64,000 nt of DNA. It comes from Candidatus Dojkabacteria bacterium (GTDB lineage: Bacteria; Patescibacteriota; Dojkabacteria; J137). A model generated the notes under the pieces. It worked only from the letters and a program-made list of their open reading frames with translations. It was not told the DNA's origin and searched no databases. Position numbers and translations under genes: made by a program. This document shows, piece after piece, positions 30,548 to 40,198 of the stretch (its first letter is position 1; every line of letters begins with the position of its first letter). The stretch spans positions 672-64,671 of the forward strand of contig JBGSZB010000029.1 in assembly GCA_041750555.1 (NCBI GenBank), written 5' to 3'.

Positions 30548-31447
30548 CTATACCCTGAAAATTTTTAATCTCGAAATTATTGAATTTGAACGTATTAATT
30601 CTTTAGGTAAAGACATCCTTCCTTTTGAATTAAGAATCTTTATAGCTTCATAGTATTCTTTTGGTGATTTAAAATTTTTAATAAACCTTGATATTTCTTT
30701 GGTATTCTTAAAAGAATCAATTTCGCTTTTTTTCTCTGATATTTTGTTTTTTTTCATAAAATTTTCGAATTCATCTTTTACCTCATCTTTATCCAGCATT
30801 AATTTACCCTTAAAATCTCTCCCTATATTCAAACCAGCAAGCAGAATTTTAAAATCACTGTCGTTTTCTGATTCTCTTGACCAATAGCTTTCAAGTATAG
30901 AATTTACATCATCATGTTTTACACCATAGGTAAAGCCCTTTCGAAAGATATCTTCAAAATACTGTTCAAAATCATGAATTCCACAAACTACATCAGTAAT
31001 ATAATTATAATAACCATTCTTGTGCATTGATTTAATCATATGAGTTTCTGGTCTATTCTCATCAACTGATATATATTTCAGAGCTTCCGGTATGAAGCTT
31101 GTTCTATAAAATTTAATACCCCCAACCCTAACTCCACCAAAATACTTATCCAACATTGATGACTGTATTGTAAAAACTTTTTCGTTCTGTGTATTAGCAA
31201 TTTTTAAAAATTTAGTTAATACACCTTTAGCAATTAAAACATCTGCATCTATAACCATTGTCCATTTCTTATTAGCTTTTATACCTGCCTCCATTGAAGA
31301 ATATAGTGCCTTACTAAAAGGAAATTCGTTAATGACAAATATATTATTTTCATTACGCTCCTCTTCTAAAAGGGATATGCATAAATCTAATGTTCTCTCT
31401 TTTACCGATCTGATAACTATTAATACTTCCCTATCAAGATTCTTCAT
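30548..31447 (-). CDS. Putative GT-A fold glycosyltransferase
   Basis: VIDADV DxD motif after N-terminal beta strand; glycan locus context. Confidence 0.55.
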   Translation of the reverse strand: MKNLDREVLIVIRSVKERTLDLCISLLEEERNENNIFVINEFPFSKALYSSMEAGIKANKKWTMVIDADVLIAKGVLTKFLKIANTQNEKVFTIQSSMLDKYFGGVRVGGIKFYRTSFIPEALKYISVDENRPETHMIKSMHKNGYYNYITDVVCGIHDFEQYFEDIFRKGFTYGVKHDDVNSILESYWSRESENDSDFKILLAGLNIGRDFKGKLMLDKDEVKDEFENFMKKNKISEKKSEIDSFKNTKEISRFIKNFKSPKEYYEAIKILNSKGRMSLPKELIRSNSIISRLKIFRV

Positions 31448-32304
31448 TTAATTGATCTTCTAAAATATACTTTTGTATCACTAATCTCTTTTCTTGGTAT
31501 TACCTTAGAAGTATTAATATCTACTACTTCATAATGAAGGTCATTTATTAAATCCCAAAGTTTCTCTGGGCTAAAGTAGTTAACGTGTTCCCAAGTATTT
31601 ATGCTTTTATCAAAAGGTCTCCCTTCCCTTATGCCATTAAGACTCCTTTCAAGTCTTTCTTGGGAATAATTAGGAACTATTATTAGTCCAATAAACTCAT
31701 CTGATAAGTACTTATCTATACTCGAAAGGATCTCTCTTGGATTAACAATATGTTCAAAAACTGCATTAGAAAAAAATATATTGTATTTTTTATCTGTGCT
31801 AAGCTCTTCAAAAGATTTAACACTATGGATACCTGTTTTATTCATATAATCTCTTTTTCTGTCATCATACTCAACAGTTGATACTTCGACTCCTGGAGCT
31901 GAAATATTCAAAGCAAAATCTCCCCATCCAGAACCAAACTCCAAAACCTCAAGTTTATCAGAGTTCTCTATTTTATCTTTAAATAGGTAACTAAATATCT
32001 CGACTTTCAAGATTGAGTAGAACAGTCTTTTTGAATTTTTAAATATCTTAGTCTTACTCTCATTAGCATCTATAATCTTTCCATATATTACAGACATTCC
32101 TTCCTCGTCAAGAACTTCAGAGGTGAATACAAACTTACATTTTCTACACTTTACTATATTTATTTCGTTAAGGTTAATAATATCACTTCTATAAATTGTT
32201 TCCCTATCTAAAGAAGGGTTAATATCAACAAAGTCTTTGTAATTCACAGATATTAGACAATCAAACTTGTTAGATTTACATAGAGGACAATTTCTTTTAA
32301 TCAA
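31444..32304 (-). CDS. Zn-ribbon class I SAM-dependent methyltransferase
   Basis: CPLC...CRKC, VLEFGSGWG, VFEHI, VPN, EHVNYFS. Confidence 0.85.
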   Translation of the reverse strand: MIKRNCPLCKSNKFDCLISVNYKDFVDINPSLDRETIYRSDIINLNEINIVKCRKCKFVFTSEVLDEEGMSVIYGKIIDANESKTKIFKNSKRLFYSILKVEIFSYLFKDKIENSDKLEVLEFGSGWGDFALNISAPGVEVSTVEYDDRKRDYMNKTGIHSVKSFEELSTDKKYNIFFSNAVFEHIVNPREILSSIDKYLSDEFIGLIIVPNYSQERLERSLNGIREGRPFDKSINTWEHVNYFSPEKLWDLINDLHYEVVDINTSKVIPRKEISDTKVYFRRSIK

Positions 32305-33989
32305 TTATTAACAAGCTCTTGAAATAAATTATTAAGTATATATATCTGTATCTTACCTTTGAAGTCATTAAATAACTCCCTCTTCCAAGATCCAAGAGGT
32401 ATACTAAAACCTTTTTTAGCCCTATTAATGATCTTATTTGGCAATATATCCTTGTATGCATACTTTAATAGGCCCTTCAGTTCTCCGTTCAAATATTTTA
32501 TTTCTTCTGGAACTGTAAACATATATTCAATAAGCTTTCTAGATTGTAGCGGAACTCTTACTTCTAGGGCTACAGACATTGAAACCCTGTCAACCTTTGT
32601 CAAAATATCACTTGGCAAATAAGTATTAAAATCCATATACTGAAGTCTTGTACGCAAAGGCAAATCTTTTTTATAATATTTTCTTATATACCAGTAGTCA
32701 TCATAATCCCTAGGAATGTTCCAGAGTTTTCTATACTCAAATTTTTCTTCTTTAGTTAAACCTGATATATGTTTAATATACAGAGTAAAGATATTATTAT
32801 CACTTAAAGTTGGATTAAATTTATCAATAAATATATTTTTCAACTTCTTACTTTCGTTCCAAATAGAGTTATACCATACATATCCCCCAAATATTTCATC
32901 ACCTCCGTCACCAGTCAATACAACAGTTGAATCTTTTCTTGCAAATTCTGAAACATAGTAGGTTGGGAATGCTGAAGTATCTGAGAAAGGTTCATCATAC
33001 CAACTTTTTAACTTTGAAAACAATGAGCTGATGTCTTTACTCTCCAAATATTTAACAGAGTGCTTAGTTTTAAACTTCTCTGAAACTAAAAGTGCATACT
33101 CAGTTTCATCTTTCTCATTATCCTTATATCCTATAGAATAAGTATTAAGTTGTTTCGTAAATTTTGAAGATGTAGAGACTACTATACTTGAATCCATACC
33201 TCCACTTAAGAAAAACCCAACAGGAACATCGCTGACTAGGTGGGAGCTGACTGACTCATCAATGATATTACGAATCTTATCTGCACATTCACTAAGATTT
33301 GAGTTGTTAAATTTAACACTCAAACTCCAATATTTATTTATTGAAAGAGATCCACTTCTTAAATTAAATCTAAGATAACTACCCGGTTCAAGCTTATATA
33401 CATTCTTGTAAGGAGTTTTAGGTTCGGGTATATAGTTATATGTTAAAAAATCATATAAAGCTGTTTTATCAATATCTAAAGAATTGTTTTTATGAAAATA
33501 TTGTAAAGACTTCAGTTCTGACCCCCAGGCAAGAGTATCTTTTATAAATGAATAGTATAGTGGTTTTATTCCAACCCTATCTCTTATGAGATATATATCT
33601 TTACTCTTAACATCATAAATAGATATTGAATACATCCCTTCAATTTTGGAAAGTAATTTTTCTATACCCCATTTCTTAAAACCATAGAGTACTACTTCAG
33701 AGTCTGACTCACTTTTAAACTTAAACTCATAGAGCTCCTCTCTTAACTCCTTATAATTATAAATTTCACCGTTAACACTTATCACTACTGTGTTGTTTTC
33801 ATCAAACATTGGCTGTTTACCGTTATCAGAAATATCTAGTATGCTTAATCTTCTATGTCCCATATATATATCCTCATCAGACCAATCACTCCATTGATCA
33901 GGCCCTCTATGTGACAATGTGTCTAGTGCATTCCTCGAGTGCTGGATATTTTTTTTATTAAAATTTGTATGACCAAATATTCCACACAT
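32301..33989 (-). CDS. asnB: Asparagine synthetase B-like glutamine amidotransferase (probably glycan amidation)
   Basis: MCGIFG, HRGPD, HRRLSI, NGEIYN, LSGGMDSS, GDGGDEIFGGY, KVDR. Confidence 0.92.
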   Translation of the reverse strand: MCGIFGHTNFNKKNIQHSRNALDTLSHRGPDQWSDWSDEDIYMGHRRLSILDISDNGKQPMFDENNTVVISVNGEIYNYKELREELYEFKFKSESDSEVVLYGFKKWGIEKLLSKIEGMYSISIYDVKSKDIYLIRDRVGIKPLYYSFIKDTLAWGSELKSLQYFHKNNSLDIDKTALYDFLTYNYIPEPKTPYKNVYKLEPGSYLRFNLRSGSLSINKYWSLSVKFNNSNLSECADKIRNIIDESVSSHLVSDVPVGFFLSGGMDSSIVVSTSSKFTKQLNTYSIGYKDNEKDETEYALLVSEKFKTKHSVKYLESKDISSLFSKLKSWYDEPFSDTSAFPTYYVSEFARKDSTVVLTGDGGDEIFGGYVWYNSIWNESKKLKNIFIDKFNPTLSDNNIFTLYIKHISGLTKEEKFEYRKLWNIPRDYDDYWYIRKYYKKDLPLRTRLQYMDFNTYLPSDILTKVDRVSMSVALEVRVPLQSRKLIEYMFTVPEEIKYLNGELKGLLKYAYKDILPNKIINRAKKGFSIPLGSWKRELFNDFKGKIQIYILNNLFQELVNN

Positions 33990-34063
33990 ATTTATAATTC
34001 TTAATAATTAACCAGTTTAAAACAAATTCACTAAATTGAAAAACAAAAAAATATAATAACTGA

Positions 34064-37000
34064 TTAATCAATTGTGCCTAATAAAATATCTGTTGATTTT
34101 CCTGATTCACTATTCCAATCTCCATCTGGTGTAAACGAATCAACCTCATTTGATAATGCAACTATCCATCTAAATTGATTATTGTTTGATGGAACAACTC
34201 TTAAAGTCATAATATCTGTATCGCCATCACCATCAAAATCTCCTAACTTTACTTGATCACTACTCTTTCCCCAAGCACTATTCCAGTCCCCATCTGGTGT
34301 AAATGAATTACTTCCATTTGATAGTGCTACTATCCATCTAAATTGGTTTTTATTTGAAGTTACAACCCTTAAAGTCATAATATCAGTATCGCCATCGCCA
34401 TCAAAATCTCCTAACTTAACTTGGTCAGTACTCTTTCCCCAAGCACTGTTCCAGTCTCCAGTTGGAGTAAAAGCATTACTTCCATTTGATAGTGCTACTA
34501 TCCATCTAAATTGATTGTTATTTGAAGTTACAACTCTTAAGGTCATAATATCTGTATCGCCATCACCATCAAAATCTCCTAATTTTACTTGATCACTACT
34601 TTTACCCCATGCACTATTCCAGTCCCCATCTGGTGTAAACGAATTACTTCCATTTGATAGGGCAACTATCCACCTTAATTGATTATTGTTTGATGGAACC
34701 ACTCTTAAAGTCATAATATCTGTGTCGCCATCTCCATCGAAATCTCCTAATTTAACTTGGTCAGTACTTTTTCCCCATGCACTGTTCCAAGTAACTTCAG
34801 GAAGAAAGGTATTAGTTAAAGCATTTGCTAGGGATACTCTCCAAACAAGTTGATTATTTTGATTTGGATCAACCCTAATAGATAGTATATCCATTGCTCC
34901 ATCTCCATTAAAGTCTCCTGATTTTATTGTATCTCCACCTTGGCCAAAGTCAGTATTCCAATCTCCTGCAGGTACAAACGTTTGTTCCTGGGTATTCGAA
35001 TACATTGTTATTAACCTATAGCTATCCGTTGAAGAAACATATCTAGCTAATACACTATCATCTGCACTATCTTCAATTAATGGATTGTTATAGTTGTTTA
35101 TTAACCTCTCTAAATTTAGCATACCCCAACCTGTATCATTATCAAAACCTTTAGTATTAATATCTGTTGTACTAGATTTCAATAATGTTTCTACCATTCT
35201 AAAGCTTAGTGTAGAGTCTAAAGATTTAAGTAACGCAACTGCTGCACTCACTTGAGGAGCTGCGAAACTAGTACCTGCAAAAGTTTCAGGTGTAGTGGCT
35301 GATGTAAAATCAAAGAACAAATCGGGATTACTTTCATTAAAACAACTATCAGTTAGGGAGCAACTAAACATTTGAGTTGCAACTTTTGCACCACTATCTC
35401 CTACTGGTGCTACTAAATCTAAACTAGTTCCATAATTTGAGTAAGATGATCTAGAATCATTTGAATTAATAGCACCAACATTTATTACATTAGACATACC
35501 TGCAGGGAAATAGTTATTTGTATTATCATTATTGTTTCCTGATGCTACAACTACAATTACACCTAAACTTGCTGCTTCATCAATAATTGATTGAAGTAAT
35601 GGATCTGTTCCACCTCCTGTTAAACTCATATTAATTACATCAGCTCCATTAGAAATTGCATGATCAATTGAATAGTATAGTATTAAACTATCACTAACTG
35701 ATCTTAGAGAGTATTGTTGATTACCATTTAGACAATCAGGATCATTATTACCTAGTGAGTCATAACACATAGAGGTATCATTTGGATAAAATGCTTTAAT
35801 TGGCATAATTGATACATTATGTGCAATCCCAACTAAAGAATTTGGTGCATCATCTGAAACACCTGATGCAATAACATTTGTAACTGCTGTACCATGTCCT
35901 TCATCATCATTCGCATGATTAATTTTTTCTAATTCATCTGCATTACAAGGTGTACTGTTTTCCCCTCTTAGGAAACATAGCAAATCTTGATTAGCATCAT
36001 ATGGATTTACAAATAGTACATGAGCTAATTCAGGTGTTGCAAAATATTCTCTGTCATAACCTTCATTGTATACACCATTACCAGTATTATTTGATGGAAT
36101 CTCCATATTAATTCCACCAATATCAGTTAAGGTATAGTCACTTCCTGCATCGTATAGATAATCTTCATAAGCTACACCTGTATCAATTACTGCAACAATT
36201 GTTGTATCACTTCCTCCACAATCATCATCTAATTCACAACCTTCTAAGAGTTTCCAAGCTTCAGGTAACTTAATTTTATCTAAATACCAATGAGTTGTTT
36301 CATCATAATCTCTAGGTATTGATCTATTTATATCAGTATTATCCCACGAAGATATTGTATATTTTCTTCTAGTTTGAGCTAATCCATCAGGATCTTTTTG
36401 AATTACTTGAATTAGGGATGATCTTAAATATGATTCATCCACCTCTAGTATTGTAAATTCTCCTAGAGTTTTACTACTTTCAATATTTACAACATTGTTT
36501 AATACTTCATTTTTTAAGGCAGTATCACTTTCCTTGTAAACTATTTCTACTGTATTTCCGGTACTCACATAACTATCAGTTATAATATTTTCATCAATAT
36601 ATTCTGAAACTTCGTTAAACGCTCCCTTTGTATTATTTGCAACATTAACAGCAGAATTTACTATATTAGGTAATTCTGCATACAAAACTTCTCCAGGACA
36701 TAGTGTTGCATTTCTATCACTATGACCTACAACGCTAGATCCAAAACTTAAATTAAATCCATTTAATTGAGATAGTGCAGCCATAAGTCTAACTAGTGAA
36801 CTTCTAGCAATACCTGTAGGAAGTGAATAAGAGTAATCTCCAATAAAGGATATTCCAATAGTTCCACCATTTGGAGGTGAATGAGCTCCAATAGTTCCAT
36901 TACCCCCTACTCTACCTTCGTAAATGTTTCCAAATTGATCAATTAGATAATTGTATCCAATATCTTGCCATAGTTCATCAGGTTCATCACAGTTAGGGTC

Positions 37001-37681
37001 ACTTGGGTTATAGCTTCCATTATTATTAGAACATCTGTTTTTATGCATTTCGTATATAAATCTAACTGCATTTGATGGATCACTATTATCTACATTAGTA
37101 ACAGTATGATGTACAACAATATTATTAACTGTAGATGGAACTTGGGGATACCATAAACTTTCACTACTAGCTCCCCAATCTTCTCTTGGAATAATATTAA
37201 TGCCTAATTTATTAAAGAAATCTTTTTTTGCTTGAACCGATTCTACGCTTGCCTGTTTAGTAACATTGTTACTTAGTTCAAAATTAACAATTCTTTTAAC
37301 ATTAAAATTACTACTTAACAAAACTTCATTAATTACTCTATCTCTAATTATTTGATTAGTAGTATACACTTGAGAACTAGTTTTAATAGTTTCAATTGAA
37401 TCAAAACCATCTTCACTTAACTCAATATTAATTATTTCATCACTTCCGTCATCAAATCGTAATACTACTCCTTCATTCAATAAGGATTCATTAAACTCAT
37501 TAAGTTCAATAACAAATGATTTTGAATTAACACTATATGATTGAGATTGATCATAATCAAACTCTAAGGCTTTAGCTACATTCTCTATTCTACTATCGCT
37601 ATACCTTAAAATTGGGAATATGAAACTATAAATAGATAGCACTATTAAAAAAGAAACGCCTAGTTTTCTTAAACTTATCAT
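34064..37681 (-). CDS. Secreted multidomain protein: PGRP-like N-acetylmuramoyl-L-Ala amidase + S8 subtilase + FG-GAP-like beta-propeller
   Basis: Signal/TM; PREDWGA, VVHHT, WQDIGYNYLID..G.IYEGR, GHSD...TLCPG; VAVIDTG/HGT/GTSFAAP triad; five GDF[ND]GDG repeats. Confidence 0.9.
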   Translation of the reverse strand: MISLRKLGVSFLIVLSIYSFIFPILRYSDSRIENVAKALEFDYDQSQSYSVNSKSFVIELNEFNESLLNEGVVLRFDDGSDEIINIELSEDGFDSIETIKTSSQVYTTNQIIRDRVINEVLLSSNFNVKRIVNFELSNNVTKQASVESVQAKKDFFNKLGINIIPREDWGASSESLWYPQVPSTVNNIVVHHTVTNVDNSDPSNAVRFIYEMHKNRCSNNNGSYNPSDPNCDEPDELWQDIGYNYLIDQFGNIYEGRVGGNGTIGAHSPPNGGTIGISFIGDYSYSLPTGIARSSLVRLMAALSQLNGFNLSFGSSVVGHSDRNATLCPGEVLYAELPNIVNSAVNVANNTKGAFNEVSEYIDENIITDSYVSTGNTVEIVYKESDTALKNEVLNNVVNIESSKTLGEFTILEVDESYLRSSLIQVIQKDPDGLAQTRRKYTISSWDNTDINRSIPRDYDETTHWYLDKIKLPEAWKLLEGCELDDDCGGSDTTIVAVIDTGVAYEDYLYDAGSDYTLTDIGGINMEIPSNNTGNGVYNEGYDREYFATPELAHVLFVNPYDANQDLLCFLRGENSTPCNADELEKINHANDDEGHGTAVTNVIASGVSDDAPNSLVGIAHNVSIMPIKAFYPNDTSMCYDSLGNNDPDCLNGNQQYSLRSVSDSLILYYSIDHAISNGADVINMSLTGGGTDPLLQSIIDEAASLGVIVVVASGNNNDNTNNYFPAGMSNVINVGAINSNDSRSSYSNYGTSLDLVAPVGDSGAKVATQMFSCSLTDSCFNESNPDLFFDFTSATTPETFAGTSFAAPQVSAAVALLKSLDSTLSFRMVETLLKSSTTDINTKGFDNDTGWGMLNLERLINNYNNPLIEDSADDSVLARYVSSTDSYRLITMYSNTQEQTFVPAGDWNTDFGQGGDTIKSGDFNGDGAMDILSIRVDPNQNNQLVWRVSLANALTNTFLPEVTWNSAWGKSTDQVKLGDFDGDGDTDIMTLRVVPSNNNQLRWIVALSNGSNSFTPDGDWNSAWGKSSDQVKLGDFDGDGDTDIMTLRVVTSNNNQFRWIVALSNGSNAFTPTGDWNSAWGKSTDQVKLGDFDGDGDTDIMTLRVVTSNKNQFRWIVALSNGSNSFTPDGDWNSAWGKSSDQVKLGDFDGDGDTDIMTLRVVPSNNNQFRWIVALSNEVDSFTPDGDWNSESGKSTDILLGTID
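34070..34990 (-). repeat. Intragenic 168-bp (56-aa) tandem repeats
   Basis: ttaa[ag]gtcataatatc recurs at 34201, 34369, 34537, 34705; more degenerate units on either side. Confidence 0.92.
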
Positions 37682-37727
37682 AAAGCTATTATATATAAAT
37701 ATCTAAATTAATGAAGCTTAATATAAG

Positions 37728-38510
37728 TTACACATCAGAAGCCCTATCCCAAGCGAGTTCAAATAACTGTTTTTGCATATCAGATATTTTTTTATTATAA
37801 ATCTCTACACCAAATATTTCTGTATCATACCAAAGGTAGAATGCTAATACATCGTTATATATATCTACTTGATGATTAATATCTAAAACAGTTTTAGATA
37901 AATACTTAGTTCTAAAGTGATTAGAATACTCCAGTTCCTTAACAGATTCACCAGCTAAACTTGCTAAATAACTATCACTTACTAAATCTCTAATAACTAA
38001 ATTTCTTTTAATAAACTCTTCTCTCCAATCACTTTCAAATTTTTCACCTACTATCTCTTTTAATGATCTAAATGTATATCCTATTACCTCTTTATTACAT
38101 CTTAATGTATTCCAAACCATCTGTTTTATACCTTCAACTCCTTTATATACTTGAATCTTAGTTCCAGGTTGTGTAATTGATTCGCTACTTGTAATAAGGC
38201 TTGTTAATTCAGGTAATATCTTTCTTAAAAAATCAGCTTTTGATTCTTGCTCTTTAACTATAAGTTCTAATTTATGAGTACCAACTGGATAAAGTAATCT
38301 TTTATTATCCCTCATTATCTCTTCTAACAAACCTATCTCTTTTAAATCTTCAACTAATCTATAAACATTTGTTCTACTAATTCTACTCTCTCTTGATAAC
38401 TGTAATATTGTGATCCCTGGATAATCAAGTAGAGTTAAATAAATCTTAGATTGATCTACATTTAATCCTAGATTGGACAAGAATTTTATTATTCCATCGA
38501 TACTTCTCAT
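37728..38510 (-). CDS. TrmB-family HTH transcriptional regulator
   Basis: LGL....KIYLTLL...LSRESRISRTNVYRLVEDLKEIGLL; C-terminal IYNDVLAF...FELAW. Confidence 0.85.
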   Translation of the reverse strand: MRSIDGIIKFLSNLGLNVDQSKIYLTLLDYPGITILQLSRESRISRTNVYRLVEDLKEIGLLEEIMRDNKRLLYPVGTHKLELIVKEQESKADFLRKILPELTSLITSSESITQPGTKIQVYKGVEGIKQMVWNTLRCNKEVIGYTFRSLKEIVGEKFESDWREEFIKRNLVIRDLVSDSYLASLAGESVKELEYSNHFRTKYLSKTVLDINHQVDIYNDVLAFYLWYDTEIFGVEIYNKKISDMQKQLFELAWDRASDV

Positions 38511-38610
38511 TTAAATGTCTTTAATTTGGACGTCAATTATTACCTTCATAATACTCTCTTGTATAATTAGTGACAAGTTTAAATTAACTTTTTAATTATT
38601 AATAATAAAT

Positions 38611-39342
38611 ATGAAAGATAGTTACAATAAAATATTTAAGGATGTAAAGAAAGTGTTAGTAGTATTTGCTCATCCGGATGATATGGAGGTGGTAAGTGGG
38701 GGAACTATTAAAAGACTTACGGATGAGGGAATTAGTGTTCGTTTAGTTGTAGTAACAAATGGTGGTAGGGGTAATAAAAATAACGAGAAATTTAATGAGA
38801 ATGAGTTGTCAGATATAAGGTTTAAAGAGATGGTTAATGGTGCAACCATTTTAGGAATAAAGAAAAAAGAAATATTTAATTTAAATTTACGAGATGGAGG
38901 AGTAGAAAACATAGAAGATAATATTGAAAAGATAGTTCTGCATATCAGAGAATTTAAACCAAATTTAGTTATAACCCATAATCCAGATAATCATATAATT
39001 GAATATAGTAAAGGATATGGATGGGTTAACCATAGAGACCATAGAAATGTAGGCTCAATAACTCTAGATGCCTGTTATCCATTCTCAAGAGATTTGAATT
39101 TTTTTCCTGAACAAATTAATAATGGTCTAAATTCTCATAGTGTAAACAGGTTATTACTAACCGATTCATATAATCTAAATGAAATTGAAAGAATAGAAAT
39201 AACTGATTATATAGATTTTAAAAAGAAAGCCTTACAATCTCATAAACTTGGAATTGGGAAGGAAAATGTTGATGGATTTATAGAAGATGATAAAGAAGGT
39301 AAAAAGTATTTTGAAAAGTTTAAATTTATTGAGATTTATTAA
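38611..39342 (+). CDS. PIG-L/LmbE-family de-N-acetylase
   Basis: AHPDDME, TNG, R..E, HRDH. Confidence 0.9.
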   Translation: MKDSYNKIFKDVKKVLVVFAHPDDMEVVSGGTIKRLTDEGISVRLVVVTNGGRGNKNNEKFNENELSDIRFKEMVNGATILGIKKKEIFNLNLRDGGVENIEDNIEKIVLHIREFKPNLVITHNPDNHIIEYSKGYGWVNHRDHRNVGSITLDACYPFSRDLNFFPEQINNGLNSHSVNRLLLTDSYNLNEIERIEITDYIDFKKKALQSHKLGIGKENVDGFIEDDKEGKKYFEKFKFIEIY

Positions 39343-40145
39343 TAAACAATTCTTTTAATTTGTGGCATTAAGTCTCTAGCTTTTTGATAACCATAATCAA
39401 ACAAATAATTAGCTCTATCAAATCCAAAAGGAGATACATCTAGTCCTAAATCATCAATTAATAAATCAAGTGGATTTAATTCTAAATCTTGTTCTCTAAT
39501 AATATGAGTAGACATAGTTATTGAATCAATAAATCTATTAATTGGATTCTCATGATGAGTACCAGTCATTGCATGTTTACCAACTGCAAGACCAATTACC
39601 TTATCAACACCTAAATCTCTAAGCTTTTCAGCTCCAAAACCTGATGTAATGTCGCCATCAATGTATAGTTTGTTCTTAATTTTAATTGGTCTAATTAAAA
39701 AAGGGAAAGCCGCACTTGCAGTTAGGGCACTTACTAAATCCCCTTCAGTTAAATACTCACAGTTTCTTGTTTCAACATTACTAACTTGAATTAATAACTT
39801 AGTATTTGTATCCTCTATCTTCTTACCTTTAAAGATAGATCCTATTAACTCCTCTGCTCTACTATCTCCAATTATTGCAAAATCTCTAAGGGATTCTAGA
39901 GATAAAAACCTTCTCATATTTAAGTTTTTTACAGCTTCAAACATTTCTTTGTTACTTAATCCAATAGCGTAACTAGCTGCAATAATAGCTCCCATACTAC
40001 TTCCAACTATTGCATCTACTTTAATATTTTCCTCGTCCAATGCCTGAAGTATTCCTACATATCCTCCACATCTAGCCATTCCACCTCTTAAGGATAGACC
40101 TAAACTTTTTTGCTTTTTAAAAGGATTTAGAAAATTAAAAAACAT
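39339..40145 (-). CDS. Patatin-like phospholipase
   Basis: GGMAR oxyanion loop, GSSMG nucleophile, ASAAFP, DGD. Confidence 0.88.
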   Translation of the reverse strand: MFFNFLNPFKKQKSLGLSLRGGMARCGGYVGILQALDEENIKVDAIVGSSMGAIIAASYAIGLSNKEMFEAVKNLNMRRFLSLESLRDFAIIGDSRAEELIGSIFKGKKIEDTNTKLLIQVSNVETRNCEYLTEGDLVSALTASAAFPFLIRPIKIKNKLYIDGDITSGFGAEKLRDLGVDKVIGLAVGKHAMTGTHHENPINRFIDSITMSTHIIREQDLELNPLDLLIDDLGLDVSPFGFDRANYLFDYGYQKARDLMPQIKRIVY

Positions 40146-40198
40146 AGATATATTTAACTGTTAAAAGTATCTAATAATTTAAAATGTTAAGCAATATG

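Noticed and set aside
34070-34990. Tandem repeats as a CRISPR array or DGR template/variable repeat
   Set aside because: The units are in-frame 168-bp coding repeats without unique spacers; differences are mostly synonymous rather than adenine-specific; no cas or reverse transcriptase gene is present.
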